From the NCBI GenBank assembly GCA_964016885.1, contig OZ024754.1, forward strand, positions 16,492,001 to 16,556,000: 64,000 nucleotides of DNA, in the 5' to 3' direction. Every line of letters begins with the position of its first letter. Position 1 is the stretch's first letter. The stretch is from Eledone cirrhosa. Its lineage: Eukaryota. The translations under genes were made by a program, and so were the position numbers. The notes under the pieces were generated by a model. It saw only the letters and a program-made list of their open reading frames with translations. It was not told the DNA's origin and searched no databases. Below are positions 1-12,300 of the stretch, in pieces.

Positions 1-72
1 TCTCTTAATTTCGAGTATATTTTTTTGACCGGCCACCTTCCTGGTGGCAAGGTTGTAAAAGAAAAGAAATTG

Positions 73-340
73 TCATCCCTTGAATCGCAAGAATGTTTTG
101 CAAATTTTGAAGGTGCCAGCTATCGCAGCCATTTGCAGACTATGAATTAGGGAGCTGCGCTCTTTGATCACAAATCCAAGTTCAGTCATACTTTGGTCCA
201 AGCGGGTTGGTATATAACCCAAAGCTCCAATAATGATGGGTATGAAGCTAAAGGTGTATCTTGGATACTGGATTAGTAAACTCCTCATCAATGGTCCGTA
301 GATGTCCTCCCTCTCCTGTATTTTTCTGACAACGTTTACA
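73..340 (-). mobile_element. C-terminal fragment of an RLE-type (R4/Dong-like) non-LTR retrotransposon
   Basis: Minus-strand translation NVVRKIQEREDIYGPLMRSLLIQYP...FIPIIIGALG...LQMAAIAGT..IC matches the end of the restriction-like endonuclease domain (IPI.IGALG and LQ.AA..GT motifs). Confidence 0.75.
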
Positions 341-364
341 TGTATGTATGTAAGTATGGGAGAG

Positions 365-766
365 ATGACCCCTTAGCCTTTGTCAAGGCAGAATTCTAGG
401 AGAAGGAAAACTCTGATATAACACCTGCAACCCTGGTGGTATCCAATGATGTTGACTTGTTCTTCTTTTTGGTAAATATCATCTTGGTTAAGAGAGTGGG
501 ACTGGCTTTGTGCAGTGCCTTTGCTCACTATAAAAGCTTCACGGCACAGGCATTGCTTTATATCTGGAGATCTCTCTGCACTTGTCGTCACATGGTACCA
601 TGGGCCCAGCACTATGTGTCAATAATTGTCACAAGTGTAGTGTTTGTACCAGAGTTTTCAAGTCGCTGGCTGGACTAAAAAGTCACACTCGTTCAGCGCA
701 TCTGTAGGGGTTCTCTACATGGATATAAAGTAGTGGCCATACTCGAAAACGAGTTGGCAGCCACCA
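365..766 (+). mobile_element. Degraded 3' end of an RTE-type LINE with a terminal C2H2 zinc finger
   Basis: 630-707 reads [25 protein letters not shown], followed by a short 3' UTR and a (TATG)n tail. The upstream part has stops and frameshifts. Confidence 0.6.
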
Positions 767-904
767 TGTACGTATGTATATATGTATGTATATATGTATG
801 TATGTATATATGTATGTATGTATGTATGTATGTACGTATGTACGTATATATGTACATATGTATGTATATATGTATGTATATATGTATGTATGTATGTATG
901 TATG
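767..904. repeat. (TATG)n/(TA)n microsatellite
   Basis: Seen directly. Confidence 0.95.
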
Positions 905-1286
905 AACAAAAAGAAATAAAACCATTATTCATTCATTAATTCATTTATAGAGGACAATTATTTCCAATTTCAAAATATACTTAGAATTAGACTCTAAGTA
1001 CAGTTCTGTAGCAGAGAACTGTAACTTTAGAGAATCACCACCTATATTTTGGCATGGTCTTTTTATATATATACTTAGCTAGATCAGTTCTTCTTGCTTG
1101 TTTTCTTTTATATTCTTTCAGTTGCATTTCCTTCTTTCAGTTTACAAATTCATTTCTATGTATATTTGTATATTTATGTATATTTGCCTAAATAATATAT
1201 GTAAGTGTGCATGCAAATATAGTTATTTTTCTATCTCTCTCTAATGGACTCTCTGGTTATTTTCAAACACATGAAAAAAAGTATGA

Positions 1287-1640
1287 TATTGCATGGTAGT
1301 AAAACACGGGCTGTGACTTCAGAAGACATTCCTAGACTGGAGAGAAATGAAGCAGCCATGTTTTGTTAGATGTGCAATGTAAGTGTGAGAGAAAAGCAGT
1401 GCTTGGATGAACTGAGGGAGAAATTGGGTTCAAGAGGAATCTGAGGTGGTGTGCAAGATAGAAGTCTGCATTGGTATGGACATGTGAAGCGAATGGGTGT
1501 TGATCGCTGGGTGAAGAAGTGCCAGGAAATCCCAGTGGAAGGAAGCCACAGTAGAGGTAGACCAAGAAAGACCTGGGCAGAGATGGTGAGAGCTGATTTC
1601 AAATTGTTGAGACTCACTGCTCGTAAAATGATTGTCCATA
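1287..1640 (+). mobile_element. RTE LINE C-terminal fragment (decayed)
   Basis: LHGSKT..RLERNEA, then WYGHVKRM..GRPRKTW; homologous to the RTE at 9631-10080. Confidence 0.85.
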
Positions 1641-1815
1641 CTTATCTTGGATCATGGATCTGGAACATTTTCAATCTGAAAAATAAGTAATAATTATTGA
1701 GCCTGTTGGAGCCATGTATTTTATTATCAAAAATATACAGATACAGGTAAACATGAATATATATATATACACCAAAACATTGATATATATATATATATAT
1801 ATATACATTGATATA

Positions 1816-1874
<59 letters not shown>

Positions 1875-1881
1875 TGATATA

Positions 1882-1916
<35 letters not shown>

Positions 1917-2024
1917 GTTTGTAGTTGTAAGGCCAAAATAATGCAGGTATGGATATAGAATATAAATGCAAATGCAAAAGATATTGTTGACAATTAGTCT
2001 TTTACCTTAAATTTATTTAAATAT

Positions 2025-2060
2025 CCTTAATTTTCGAGATAATATCTCTTCTTCGGAGGG
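2025..2060 (-). ncRNA. Minimal hammerhead-ribozyme-like motif in a probable Penelope terminal repeat (U4C variant)
   Basis: Minus strand: cct-CCGAAGA-a-gagat[att]atctc-GAAA-at-TA-agg. Stem I cct/agg, stem II gagat/atctc, palindromic AATT at stem III. Confidence 0.55.
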
Positions 2061-2129
2061 AAGTAGAGCGGTTAATCCAGTATTCTAATTAGCTTGCCAA
2101 ACATGCTGATAGGAAATGGATTATATATT

Positions 2130-2372
2130 CATGTTTTCCTGTGTATATATATATATATATATATACACAGGAAAACATGAATATATATACACAGGAAAAC
2201 ATGGATATATGTACACACTAAAACATGAATATATATATAAATATATATATATATACACACACAGGAAAGCATGGATATATACACAGAGGAAAAGATGAAT
2301 ATATACACAGGAAAACATGGATATATAAATATATATATACACACACTCACACACACAGAGAAAAACATGGAT
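2130..2372. repeat. Degenerate minisatellite (atatatacacaggaaaacatg-like unit)
   Basis: About eight imperfect copies interleaved with (TA)n. Confidence 0.7.
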
Positions 2373-2646
2373 GTAGCTAACTATTTTCTTACTTGATTTG
2401 ATTTTTGGCTTTGAAATTGCTTCAGGTTCTGGGTTATAAGAAGTGGGTTTTATTTCAATAAATATTTTGAAACTGCAGTGGGAAATTTATGTGAGTGTTA
2501 CTTTAAGCTTATTTTGCTTATTTTCCTGTTTTGGAATTCAAAACATAAATTATTTATACATAAATGGACATAAAGATACATGGTGATACTGTTCTGAATT
2601 TGGTTTATTTTCACAAAAGTTGTCTATGGTACATTTGGACCTTACT

Positions 2647-3072
2647 AGCCCATTAGCATTTAAACTGGCTGTAACACCGACATTAAGGTATTGTTCTCAA
2701 AATAAATATCAAAATCTCATAGAGTCTACATTATGTGAGGTAAAGCCTCTGCTGTGAATATACAATAGTAAATATAGAGTAATGTAAATGTTATGTGAGG
2801 TAATTATGTGAGGTTAAGACTTTACTGTGAATATACAATAGTAAATATAGAGTAATGTAAATGTTATGTGAGGTAAAGCCTCTGCTGTAATATACAATAG
2901 TAAATATAGAGTAATGTAAATGTTATGTGAGGTAATTATGTGAGGTTAAGACTTTACTGTGAATATACAATAGTAAATATAGAGTAATGTAAATGTTATG
3001 TGAGGTAAAGCCTCTGCTGTAATATACAATAGTAGATATAGAGTAATATAAATGTTATGTGAGGTAATTATG
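2647..3072 (+). repeat. TTAA-family MITE copy whose internal subterminal segment has expanded in tandem
   Basis: Starts with cccattagcatttaaactggc, like the MITEs at 25216 and 51418. Then about five copies of ttatgtgaggt...aatacaatagtaaatatagagtaatgtaaatg. Confidence 0.8.
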
Positions 3073-3115
3073 TATATATATATGTATATAAATAATTATA
3101 TTTAGATATATATAT

Positions 3116-3512
3116 ATCAATATATTATAGAGCAAGAGTATAAAAATTGAACAAACATAAAAATTGTAATGAACAATTATAATAAAAATATAATATTATA
3201 TCCTAATTATTATTTTTCATTACAATTTTTATGTCTGTTCAATTTTTATACTCTTGCTCTATAATATATTGATGTTAATGCCTATACTTAATCTTCTCAC
3301 CGACAATGTATCCTACTAAATGTTCAAGTGAATAGGATTATATTTGTTTTAACCTTTATATGCTCTGATGAATCTCAACTTATGTCTGGATGAAACGATT
3401 GCAAGTTATTAAATGTTTTAAACACCATTTGATTGTAACTTATGTTGTATTTCTGCTCTGTATTATACTTTATACCTTACATTGAGCTACTTTCTTACTG
3501 GTAATCGGGTAA
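3116..3512 (+). mobile_element. Penelope-type terminal repeat with 5' inverted duplication and a degenerate hammerhead
   Basis: Inverted repeat at 3116-3273. gct-CTGATGA-atc..gat-GAAA-cgattg-ca-agt at 3362-3406. The end (attgagctactttcttactgg) resembles the fold-back family tail (attgagtaccttacttactgtgg). Confidence 0.5.
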
Positions 3513-3664
3513 CATATAATATTACCCTTCTTTTATATATATTCTTATATATAAATATAATAATAATAATTATTATTATTATATATATATATGTTATATA
3601 ATTATACATATATATACTACTAAAACTCTGTGATTGCTTGCTTGTCTGTAATATATAATAACAG

Positions 3665-3775
3665 AACACACTCACTGTTTGGTTGGTTTTTGCTTCTGTA
3701 TCTTTTATATCTCCATAGTTAATTTATTTGGCAATCAATGTTTATCATTGATTGACCAACGGTTAAAAATACAGA
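3665..3775 (+). repeat. Unclassified ~110-bp interspersed repeat ending at (TA)n, copy 1 of 3
   Basis: Homologous to 7905-8015 (+) and 23050-23158 (-). Contains the hairpin caatcaatg-tttat-cattgattg. Confidence 0.75.
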
Positions 3776-3795
3776 TATAAATATATATATATATA

Positions 3796-4985
3796 GTCTA
3801 ACAAAGTTCTTTCGTCACACATCTGCGACATCATCAGTGGTACTATTATGTTTACTCCTATTGTATTATAATGCTTACACCATTTTAATTTTCTTTCTTT
3901 CTTTCATTTTGTCTCTGTCTCTGTTTGCGCATGCGTTTGCATGTGTGTTTAATGTTTGGTGTGTGTGGCGTGTGTGTTTATGTTTGAGTGTATGTTTTTG
4001 TTTTTAGTGTTCACTAGTGTGTGTTTATATGTGTTTATTGTTATTGTACTTGTGTATATATTTATTTATTTATATATATTTTCCTTAGGTCAGTATTGTT
4101 TGTTTGGGTATGGTAGTTGTTGTTATTCCATTCGCTCTTTCTGTTTAACTTAGGTTTTCTTAGTTCTATGTCAGTTGCTTCTCTGATTTGCCTACCTGTT
4201 GAGTCATTTCTATGTTTAGATATTATTTTAATTTCTATGTTATCTATATTACCGTCTGTCGTGTTCACATAGTACTGAGCTATTTTTTGTCCTTTTAGTT
4301 CCCTCCAGGGTTGGTCTATTCTTTCTCCTATGCTTCCAGCTGTCTCCCCTATGTATGTCATTGTCATGTTTCTGAAAGTACCCTCTGTACATCTTATGCT
4401 ATAGACTACATTTCTAGTTTTACAATTTATCTGGGGGTTCATTCTACATATAACACATTTCTTATTCGTACAGTGGGTTTTCTTAAAGGGGTATGTCTTG
4501 CTGATCAGGGATTTTATCGTAGTTCCTGGCTTTTCTACCACTTCAATCTGTAGATGGGTCTTTCTTAGGGCCTTTCTACATTGTTTAGCTAATTTCCCTC
4601 CAGGAGTAGCATCCATGAACATGACACTCTGGTATCTCTGGTTGTTGTACCATGAAGTGGTTTTCCCTATTTTATGTTTAATCCTATCTAAGCTATTCCA
4701 TGATTTGCTCCTGTATAATGGGAAAATTCCTTTCATTTCCATTTCTATGAGGGTCTTATATTTCTCCGCGGCTCCTTTGTATACTCTGATTCTGTCTCTT
4801 TTGTTGTAGCTAGAGAATTGCATGCGATTGATGAAATGTTGGATGTGTCTTTCTAGTTCAGTTGGGTCGCACATGTGGGACACATTATTCATCACTCGTA
4901 CCAAGTCTGCCATCAGAATATTAAACTTGGCACTATTGGACATTGCTGTGTTTTTGAGTATCAGATATTTGGAGGCCATGGGTTT
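3796..4985 (-). mobile_element. 5'-truncated Penelope-like element (RT thumb, Cys-rich linker, GIY-YIG endonuclease, 3' terminal repeat)
   Basis: ORF 4062-5072: KPMAS...ATPGG.LA...VVEKPG...CTNKKCVIC...CKTRNVVYSIRC...TYIGET...RQIREATDI...LNRKSEW. Hammerhead-like CTGATGA-t-gtcgca[gatg]tgtgac-GAAA at 3837-3810. Confidence 0.9.
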
Positions 4986-5198
4986 AGGTGTGAGTGGAGC
5001 AATGTCCAATAGTGCTAAGTTTAATATTCTGATCGCAGACTTGGTAAGAGTGATGAAGAATGTGTCCTGCAATACTTAAACTTTAATCTGTTATTTTAAT
5101 AAATATTTGCTCTATAGTTTTATATATTTTGATGTATATATTATCCTTATTGAGCCCTCTTCGGATTTTAGTCTTCACATTTATTATTATTACTATAT

Positions 5199-5392
5199 GG
5201 GCGGTGGATTGGCAGTATCGGTAGAGGGTCGGACGTCATGCTTTCCAGCATAGTTACGTCCCTTTACGATCTGAGTTCAAATCCCGCCGAGGTTGACTTT
5301 GCCTTTCATCCTTACGGGGTCGATAAAATAAAGTACCAGTAATGCACTGGGTAATTGCTGGCCTTGTGCCTAAAGTAGAAACAATTATTATT
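5199..5392 (+). mobile_element. SINE family B (B box gagttcaaatcc; core gcctttcatccttacggggtcgataaaataaagtaccag)
   Basis: About 10 full or partial homologous copies in the window; pol III B box; (ATT)n tail. Confidence 0.85.
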
Positions 5393-5444
5393 ACTATATC
5401 ATCATCATCATCATCATTTTATGTCTGCTTTTCCCTGCTTGCAT

Positions 5445-5741
5445 AATTATATAGAATTATATATATATATATGTAATTATATATATCTAATTGTATATAT
5501 ACATAATTATATATATCTAATTGTATATATACATAATCATATATATATATACATAATTATATATATACATAATTATATATATATAATTATATATATCTAA
5601 TATAATTATATATATCATAATTATATATATATAATTATATATATACATAATTACATATACATAATTTTATATATATATATATATATAAAATTATATATAT
5701 ATAATTATATATATATAATTATATACATATAATTTTATATA

Positions 5742-5807
<66 letters not shown>

Positions 5808-5842
5808 TATATATATATATATATAATTATATATATATATAT
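5445..5842. repeat. AT-rich microsatellite tract
   Basis: (TA)n with taat/cata interruptions. Confidence 0.95.
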
Positions 5843-6329
5843 GAAGATAAGTACAGATAAAATTTGTTTGTGTCGATTAGTATACAAACAAAAACAAACA
5901 AGTACGCTTACCAAAGTATTTTTCTCGACATTCTCCACTTCTAACCTATACTTCATGCCTAGTCGTTTGTCTTACCTATACATTTAAATATACATTTAAA
6001 TATATATATATGGTATTATGTACTGCGTAGTATATTTATTCTAAACACAAATTGGCAGAGTTTCTGCTGTCTAAATTTTATGCACAAGATTATAGTAAGA
6101 GACATTTGCCTAAAGTGCTGTACAGTTGGATGAAATCCAAAAGCTCATGTTTGCAATGTGAAGTTCCTAACCATTTGACCATGTCTGTGTTACATATGTG
6201 CACACACACATGTATACATGCAGTCAAACGCACAATACACAATCACAAACACTGATAGATATATATATTAATGTTGGGTTGCAGATTTATAGGTATGGAA
6301 ATAACAACAAAGATTCACTGATAGGATGT

Positions 6330-6580
6330 CTTGATACATGAAGCATGAGTCCTATTTATGGCATACATATCTTGGTTGACTAGTACTGAGAGGGTCAAGT
6401 GAGAGGTCCAACAATCGAGACAGTAATCTGGTGATTTTCCACAAAGGAAAATAACATTTCTGGGTTGAATTTGATTTTCTTAATGGTCAATTCCTCCTCA
6501 GCTGTTCTTTGGTTATTGATGATGGTCTTCATGCATTAGTGGAGATTATATTTTTTCAATTCAAAGTGTGCAATAGCAGT
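6330..6580 (-). mobile_element. Possible old CR1/L2-group LINE fragment
   Basis: Minus-strand translation EEELTIKKIKFNPEMLFSFV...IVGPL resembles the K.NPK.F..Y...IGPL linker before the RT. Confidence 0.4.
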
Positions 6581-6611
6581 TGAATGTGTGTGTGTTGCTG
6601 CTGGCATGATT

Positions 6612-6703
6612 ATACATATATATATATATATATATATATCATCATCATTATATATATATATATATATATCATCATCATATATATATATATATATATATAT
6701 CAT

Positions 6704-6745
<42 letters not shown>

Positions 6746-6774
6746 TATATATATATATATATATATCATCATCA

Positions 6775-6805
<31 letters not shown>

Positions 6806-6808
6806 CAT

Positions 6809-6860
<52 letters not shown>

Positions 6861-6919
6861 TCATCATATATATATATATATATATCATCATCATATATAT
6901 ATATATATATATATATCAT

Positions 6920-6959
<40 letters not shown>

Positions 6960-7010
6960 TATATATATATATATATATATCATCATCATATATATATATA
7001 TATATATATA
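6612..7010. repeat. Compound (TA)n/(CAT)n microsatellite
   Basis: Seen directly. Confidence 0.95.
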
Positions 7011-7539
7011 TTTCTTCTCATGTTTGTTATATATATTTACCTCGGCTGCGTTTGTCTGTTTCTCTCTTACTGCCTCCCCACTCTCTCTGTTTCTCTCACC
7101 TTCTTTTAGCCCCCTCTGTCAGTTACACTTTCTCTCGACTGACCTCTTCCTCACACTTCCACTCACTCACTCTCTGTTTCTCCCCTTCTCACTTCCTCCC
7201 GTTTGGCTTGTGTGGGTCTCTTCTTGCACACATCTCACACACATCAACACGGTCTGTACCTCTCTCGCTCATGAAATCTACCCAGCTTATGCTGACTGGA
7301 CAACCATGTTGCTTGTTTATTTTCCTATCTTCGGTTTGCTTTTATGTTGTTTACTTGTCCCCCTCGCCTTACGCGAATTCTGGTCCCAATAACTTTTTTT
7401 AGTTATTGCTCGCACCAACCTAAGGTATCTGATTTTTAATGCGATGAAATACCAATGATGGTTGGAAAATCACTGACGAAGGACTATTTTTATCATATGT
7501 AACCCATGTGCAAACCACGCAGTATTCTTCTTTCATCTC

Positions 7540-7584
<45 letters not shown>

Positions 7585-7589
<5 letters not shown>

Positions 7590-7750
7590 TTCTACAGAAC
7601 TAGAACTGTTTCATTTGAAGGAAACCGTGATGATTTCCTTTGAATGAAACAGTTCTAGTTCTGTAGAAGCCATTTCGATATTAAATATTGTATATACTCT
7701 ACTATGTATTGAGTACTTTACTTACTGTGGTTATCCCCATTTAAACCCGA
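7585..7750 (+). mobile_element. Fold-back non-coding element with a hammerhead-like core, copy 1
   Basis: Inverted arms at 7585-7673. Core gTGATGA-t-ttc[cttt]gaa-t-GAAAC-agttcta. Tail shared with the 14267 and 28049 copies. Confidence 0.75.
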
Positions 7751-8042
7751 CACACACACACACGTGTGTGTGTGTGTGTGTGTGGATTCAAACGAATGTA
7801 ATGAGAAATCAACACATGAATTGGAAGTTTAAAATATTTGTATTGACTGATTCGTGCATTAAAAGTTGTTTTGTTAGACATAACCACACGTCTCTTTAAA
7901 TAATAAAACACACACACTGTTTGGTTCTGGCTGGTTTTCACTTCTGTATATTTTATATCTCCATAGTTTATTTAGCTGGCAATCAATGTTTACCATTGAT
8001 TAACCAACAGTTAAATATATATAGAGAGATATAAATAAATAA

Positions 8043-8121
<79 letters not shown>

Positions 8122-8198
8122 TATATATAAATAAATATCTAAATATATATATATAAATATATATATAAACATATATATAAATATATATAAATATATAT

Positions 8199-8545
8199 GG
8201 ATGCACATGGCTTAGTGGTTAGAGCATTGCAATCAAAAGGTTGTGAGTTCAATTCTCAGACTGGGTGATGTGTTGTTTCCTTGAGCAAGACACTTTATTT
8301 CACATTGCTCCAGTTTACTCAGCTGTAGAAATGAGATGATAGGGACTGGGGTCCATATCATTCCACTGCAAAGTGGTCGTGGAGGTGCCACGGAAAAAAA
8401 GCACCCAGCACTCACTGTAAATGAGGTTGATGTTAGGAAGGGCATCCAGCTGTAGAAATCAACCCAGAATCAGTTCCTGTCCCACCCTTGCAAGCAGGGA
8501 AAAAGCGGACGTAAAATGAAATGATGATGATGATGATGATGTTAT
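8199..8545 (+). mobile_element. tRNA-derived SINE family A with an RTE-derived 3' tail
   Basis: A box tggcttagtgg, B box gagttcaattc. The tail (aggaagggcatccagctgtagaaatc...gatgatg) matches the 3' UTR of the RTE at 9335-9530. Near-identical copy at 18268. Confidence 0.9.
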
Positions 8546-8662
8546 ATATATATAAATATATAAATATATATAAATATAAATATATATAAATATATATATA
8601 TAAATATATATATTATGGAATACTGTTAGCTTCTTGCTACAATAATTTCAATACTTTTCATT

Positions 8663-8713
<51 letters not shown>

Positions 8714-8795
8714 GAGTTATAAACTCAAATAGTCTTTTACAATTAATGATGATGAATTAAATAGCTCAAAGAAAGGAATATTTCTGAGCTGTGTA

Positions 8796-9167
8796 ATACA
8801 AATGAATATATGGTAACACTAATACAAGTATACAAGTGTTCGTATTGCAAATGACCAAGTTAGCTAGATTGAAAAATACTAATTAAAATAATATGGTTTG
8901 CCTGTCTCGATTTAAAATAATAAATCAATAAAAACAAACCTATATTGGCAAAAGCTGTGATACCTGGACAATTAAAATTTAAATTTGTCCAGGTATCATG
9001 GGTTTTGCCAATACAAGTTTGTTTTTATTGATTTATTATTTTAAATCGAGACAGGCAAACCATATTATTTTAATTAGTATTTTTCAATCTAGCTAACTTG
9101 GTCATTTGCAATGCGAACACTTGTATACTTGTATCAGTGTTTATCCCTATCATATATTCATTTGTAT
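8796..9167. repeat. ~370-bp near-perfect hairpin (arms of about 180 bp)
   Basis: 8796-8972 is the reverse complement of 8983-9167 with few mismatches. Lies between (TA)n tracts. Confidence 0.9.
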
Positions 9168-9185
9168 ATATAAATATATATAAAT

Positions 9186-9216
<31 letters not shown>

Positions 9217-9334
9217 AATATATATATATATAAATATATATATATATAAATATATATATATATAAGAGGGTGTTAAAGTTTGCTTGAAGCATTGTGAAAT
9301 GTGTAAAATACGTAGTTTATATATATAAATATAT

Positions 9335-12300
9335 ATCATCATCCGTTTTACGTCCGTTCTTCCATGCTAGCATGGGTTAGACGGGTTGTCCTGTTGTGGG
9401 CAGTGTCTGGTCGGCTAACCATGCCTTGCTCATACAGGAACTGATTTTGGCTTGATTTCTACAGCTGGATGCCCTTCCTAACACCAACTTCATTTACAGT
9501 GAGTGTTGGGTGCTTTTTTTCTGTGGCACCTACACGACCACTTTACAGTGTGGGCTGGGTGCTTTTTTGCCGTGGCACCTCCACGACCACTTTGCAGTGG
9601 GAGGGTGTAGGGGCATATTGTCTCTATGCTTCAGCTTGTACCCATGGGAGGTCGGGTACTCTGTATTACTGCATGACGCCAGAGGTAGCGGTCATGTGTC
9701 ATCGCCTCTGAGAGGTGTAATTGGGTAAGGTCGGCTTTTATCACCTCATCCCAGGTCTTCTTGGGTCTTCCCACTCCGCGGTTTCCATTGACTTCTAGTG
9801 CTCTGCACCTTTTTATGCAGCTGCAATCCTTCATACGCATCACATGTCCATACCAACACAACCGCCTCTCCTGCACACAGCATTTGATTCCTCTTATGCT
9901 CAGTCTCTCTCTCAATTCATTTATGCTTTGCCGTTTGGATATATTACTATCACACATCCATCGGAGCATGCAGGCTTCGTTTCTTTCTAATCTCGGTAAG
10001 TCTTCCACCTTCAGCGCCCAGGTCTCACTACCATGTAACATTGCTGTTCGTATACACGCATCATACAGTCTGCCTTTCATTTTGAGGGAAAAGCTTTTTG
10101 CAGCTAGCAGTGGCAGTAGTTCCCTGAACTTCTCCCATCCCGTTCTTACCCTAGTTATTGAACTCTCAGAACACCCACCTCCGCTGCTAATTCGGTCACC
10201 TAGGTAGCAGAAGCTGTCTACTGTTTCTACAGAGCCCTCCCAGAGTTTGGTGGTACTTGTTCCTGTGGCTGTTTGCTGCTTGCTGTCCCAGCACAGCTGT
10301 TACATGTGAAGCTTACATTCTTAGTTAAGCTTCCTGAGATCCCACTACATCTCTTGTGTACCCATTGTTTGCATTTGGGGCAGAGAATGGAGTTCCTACC
10401 TACACCTTTCCTACATACTGAGCAAGGCCATTTCCCTGAGGGGATCTGGGTTCTGTTTTCTAGTCTACTTACAAGGACCTTAGTCTTTGTCAGGTTGACT
10501 TTGAGACCCTTTCTTTCTAGTCCCTGCTTCCAAGTTTGGAATTTCTTCTCTAGTTCTACCATAGATTCAGCTATAAGTGCGAGGTCATCTGCATACAGGA
10601 GTTCCCATGGGCATCCGGTCTTAAACTCCTCCGTTATTACCTGCAAGACTATGATGAACAGGAGAGGGCTCAGAATAGAGCCCTGGTGGACACCAACCTG
10701 TACGCTAAATTCCTCGCTATACTCATTGCTAATCCTAACTTTGCTGACTGCTCCCCTATACATGGCTTGTACAGCTTTCACAAGCCATTTATCTACTCCT
10801 AGTTTTCTAAGAGCCCACCAGATTACAGCACATGGAACTCTGTCAAAGGCTTTCTCGAGATCGACGAATGCCAGGTAGAGTGGCTTACTTTTAGCTAGGT
10901 ACTTTTCCTGTAACTGCCTCACAAGGAAGAGGGCATCAGTGGTGCCTTTTCCTGGTACAAACCCAAATTGCATCTCATCTAGGTCCCTAATCAACTGTGC
11001 TATAACTCTTTATGTTACTTTCATGACCTGGTCCATCAGCTTTATACCTCTATAGTTTCCTCTATCTAGTGCATCACCTTTACCTTTGTAGCAGTTGACA
11101 ATGATGCTACTGCGCCAATCTTTTGATATGACACCTTCTAGTATTACCTGGTTAACAATACGTGTGGTTATAGTGTGACATACAGACCCAGATGCCTTCA
11201 GCATCTCGGCAGCTATACCCAATGTACCGGTTTCCTTCCCCATCTTCATATCTTTGATTGCCTTACTTACTACGCTGCTGCTGACTTGTACTGCTGGCCC
11301 CTCTATAGGGTCTACTTGGGGTAGGGTCTCTTCTTCCCATGCATTCTCCTCATTTAATAATCTTTCATAATGGCTCTTCCATGCATCTTTCTCTCAGCAC
11401 TTGTGAGGGCAAGCTCACCTTTATCATTCCGGATACACACAATGACATCACACCAATGACATCACAATTCTCTCTGACACACTGCCTCGCAATCATGAAC
11501 ACCTCCTGTTTCTGGTCCTCACATTGAAAAACATGCTTGAATTTTCTATCCTCTGCTTCCCTCCTAGCTAAGTATACTTGTCGCCTAGCTTCTCTCTTGG
11601 TCTCTATGTAATGTACCCTGCTTCCCCCGTTCTTCCATTCTTTCCATGCCTGTCTCTTGGCCTTAACTGCCTCATCTACCTTATTGTTCCACCACCAAGT
11701 CACTCTCCTCCTGGTTGTGGTCTTACTCCAGCCAAAATCTATCTGACTAGAATGCTCCAAAATCTATCTGACTAGAATGCTCCCCTGATCTATAGGTGAT
11801 CAGGTGGTTGTCGGGTTTTTTGAAGTCGTTGTCATTGGCGTCGCAGAATTCTAGAAGTCTGAATCCTTCTTCATTTCTTGTGCCAACCCCATAGACTCTA
11901 TTGAAGCCGTCACAGTGTTTACCTACGTGTCCATTAAAATTTCCTGCAATGATTAGGAAGTCATTGTCGTTTGTTAGAGCAGTAGTCTGCATTAGGGACT
12001 CATAAAACCTATCCTTAAGTTCGTCTGGCAACCCCCATTGGGGTGCGTAAGCTGATATTATTGTGGTAATTGTTTTATTCAGGACTAGTCTGAGTTTAAT
12101 GATTCTTGCATTTACCCTGCACACTGAGATTACTTTATCTACCCATTTGTCAGCTAGTAGTATATCTACACCACCCATCCCATCGTCATTTCCCACCCAG
12201 AAAAATTTGTAGCACTGACTTTTTCCTACAAGGACTCTAGCAGACTCTCCTCTCCATCTAGTCTCTTGCACACAGCATACATCAATTTCCTTTTGCTCTA

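Noticed and set aside
630-707. Host C2H2 zinc-finger gene
   Set aside because: A single finger at the end of a decayed frame followed by a microsatellite tail fits a LINE C-terminus better.
5095-5170. Minus-strand CCGAAGA...gctc/gagc hammerhead candidate
   Set aside because: GAAA is missing and stem I is unconvincing.
7470-7520. CTGACGA hammerhead candidate
   Set aside because: No intact GAAA or pairing stems downstream; too degenerate to call.
8199-8275. tRNA gene
   Set aside because: A and B boxes are present, but there is no full cloverleaf and the sequence continues into a SINE core and tail.
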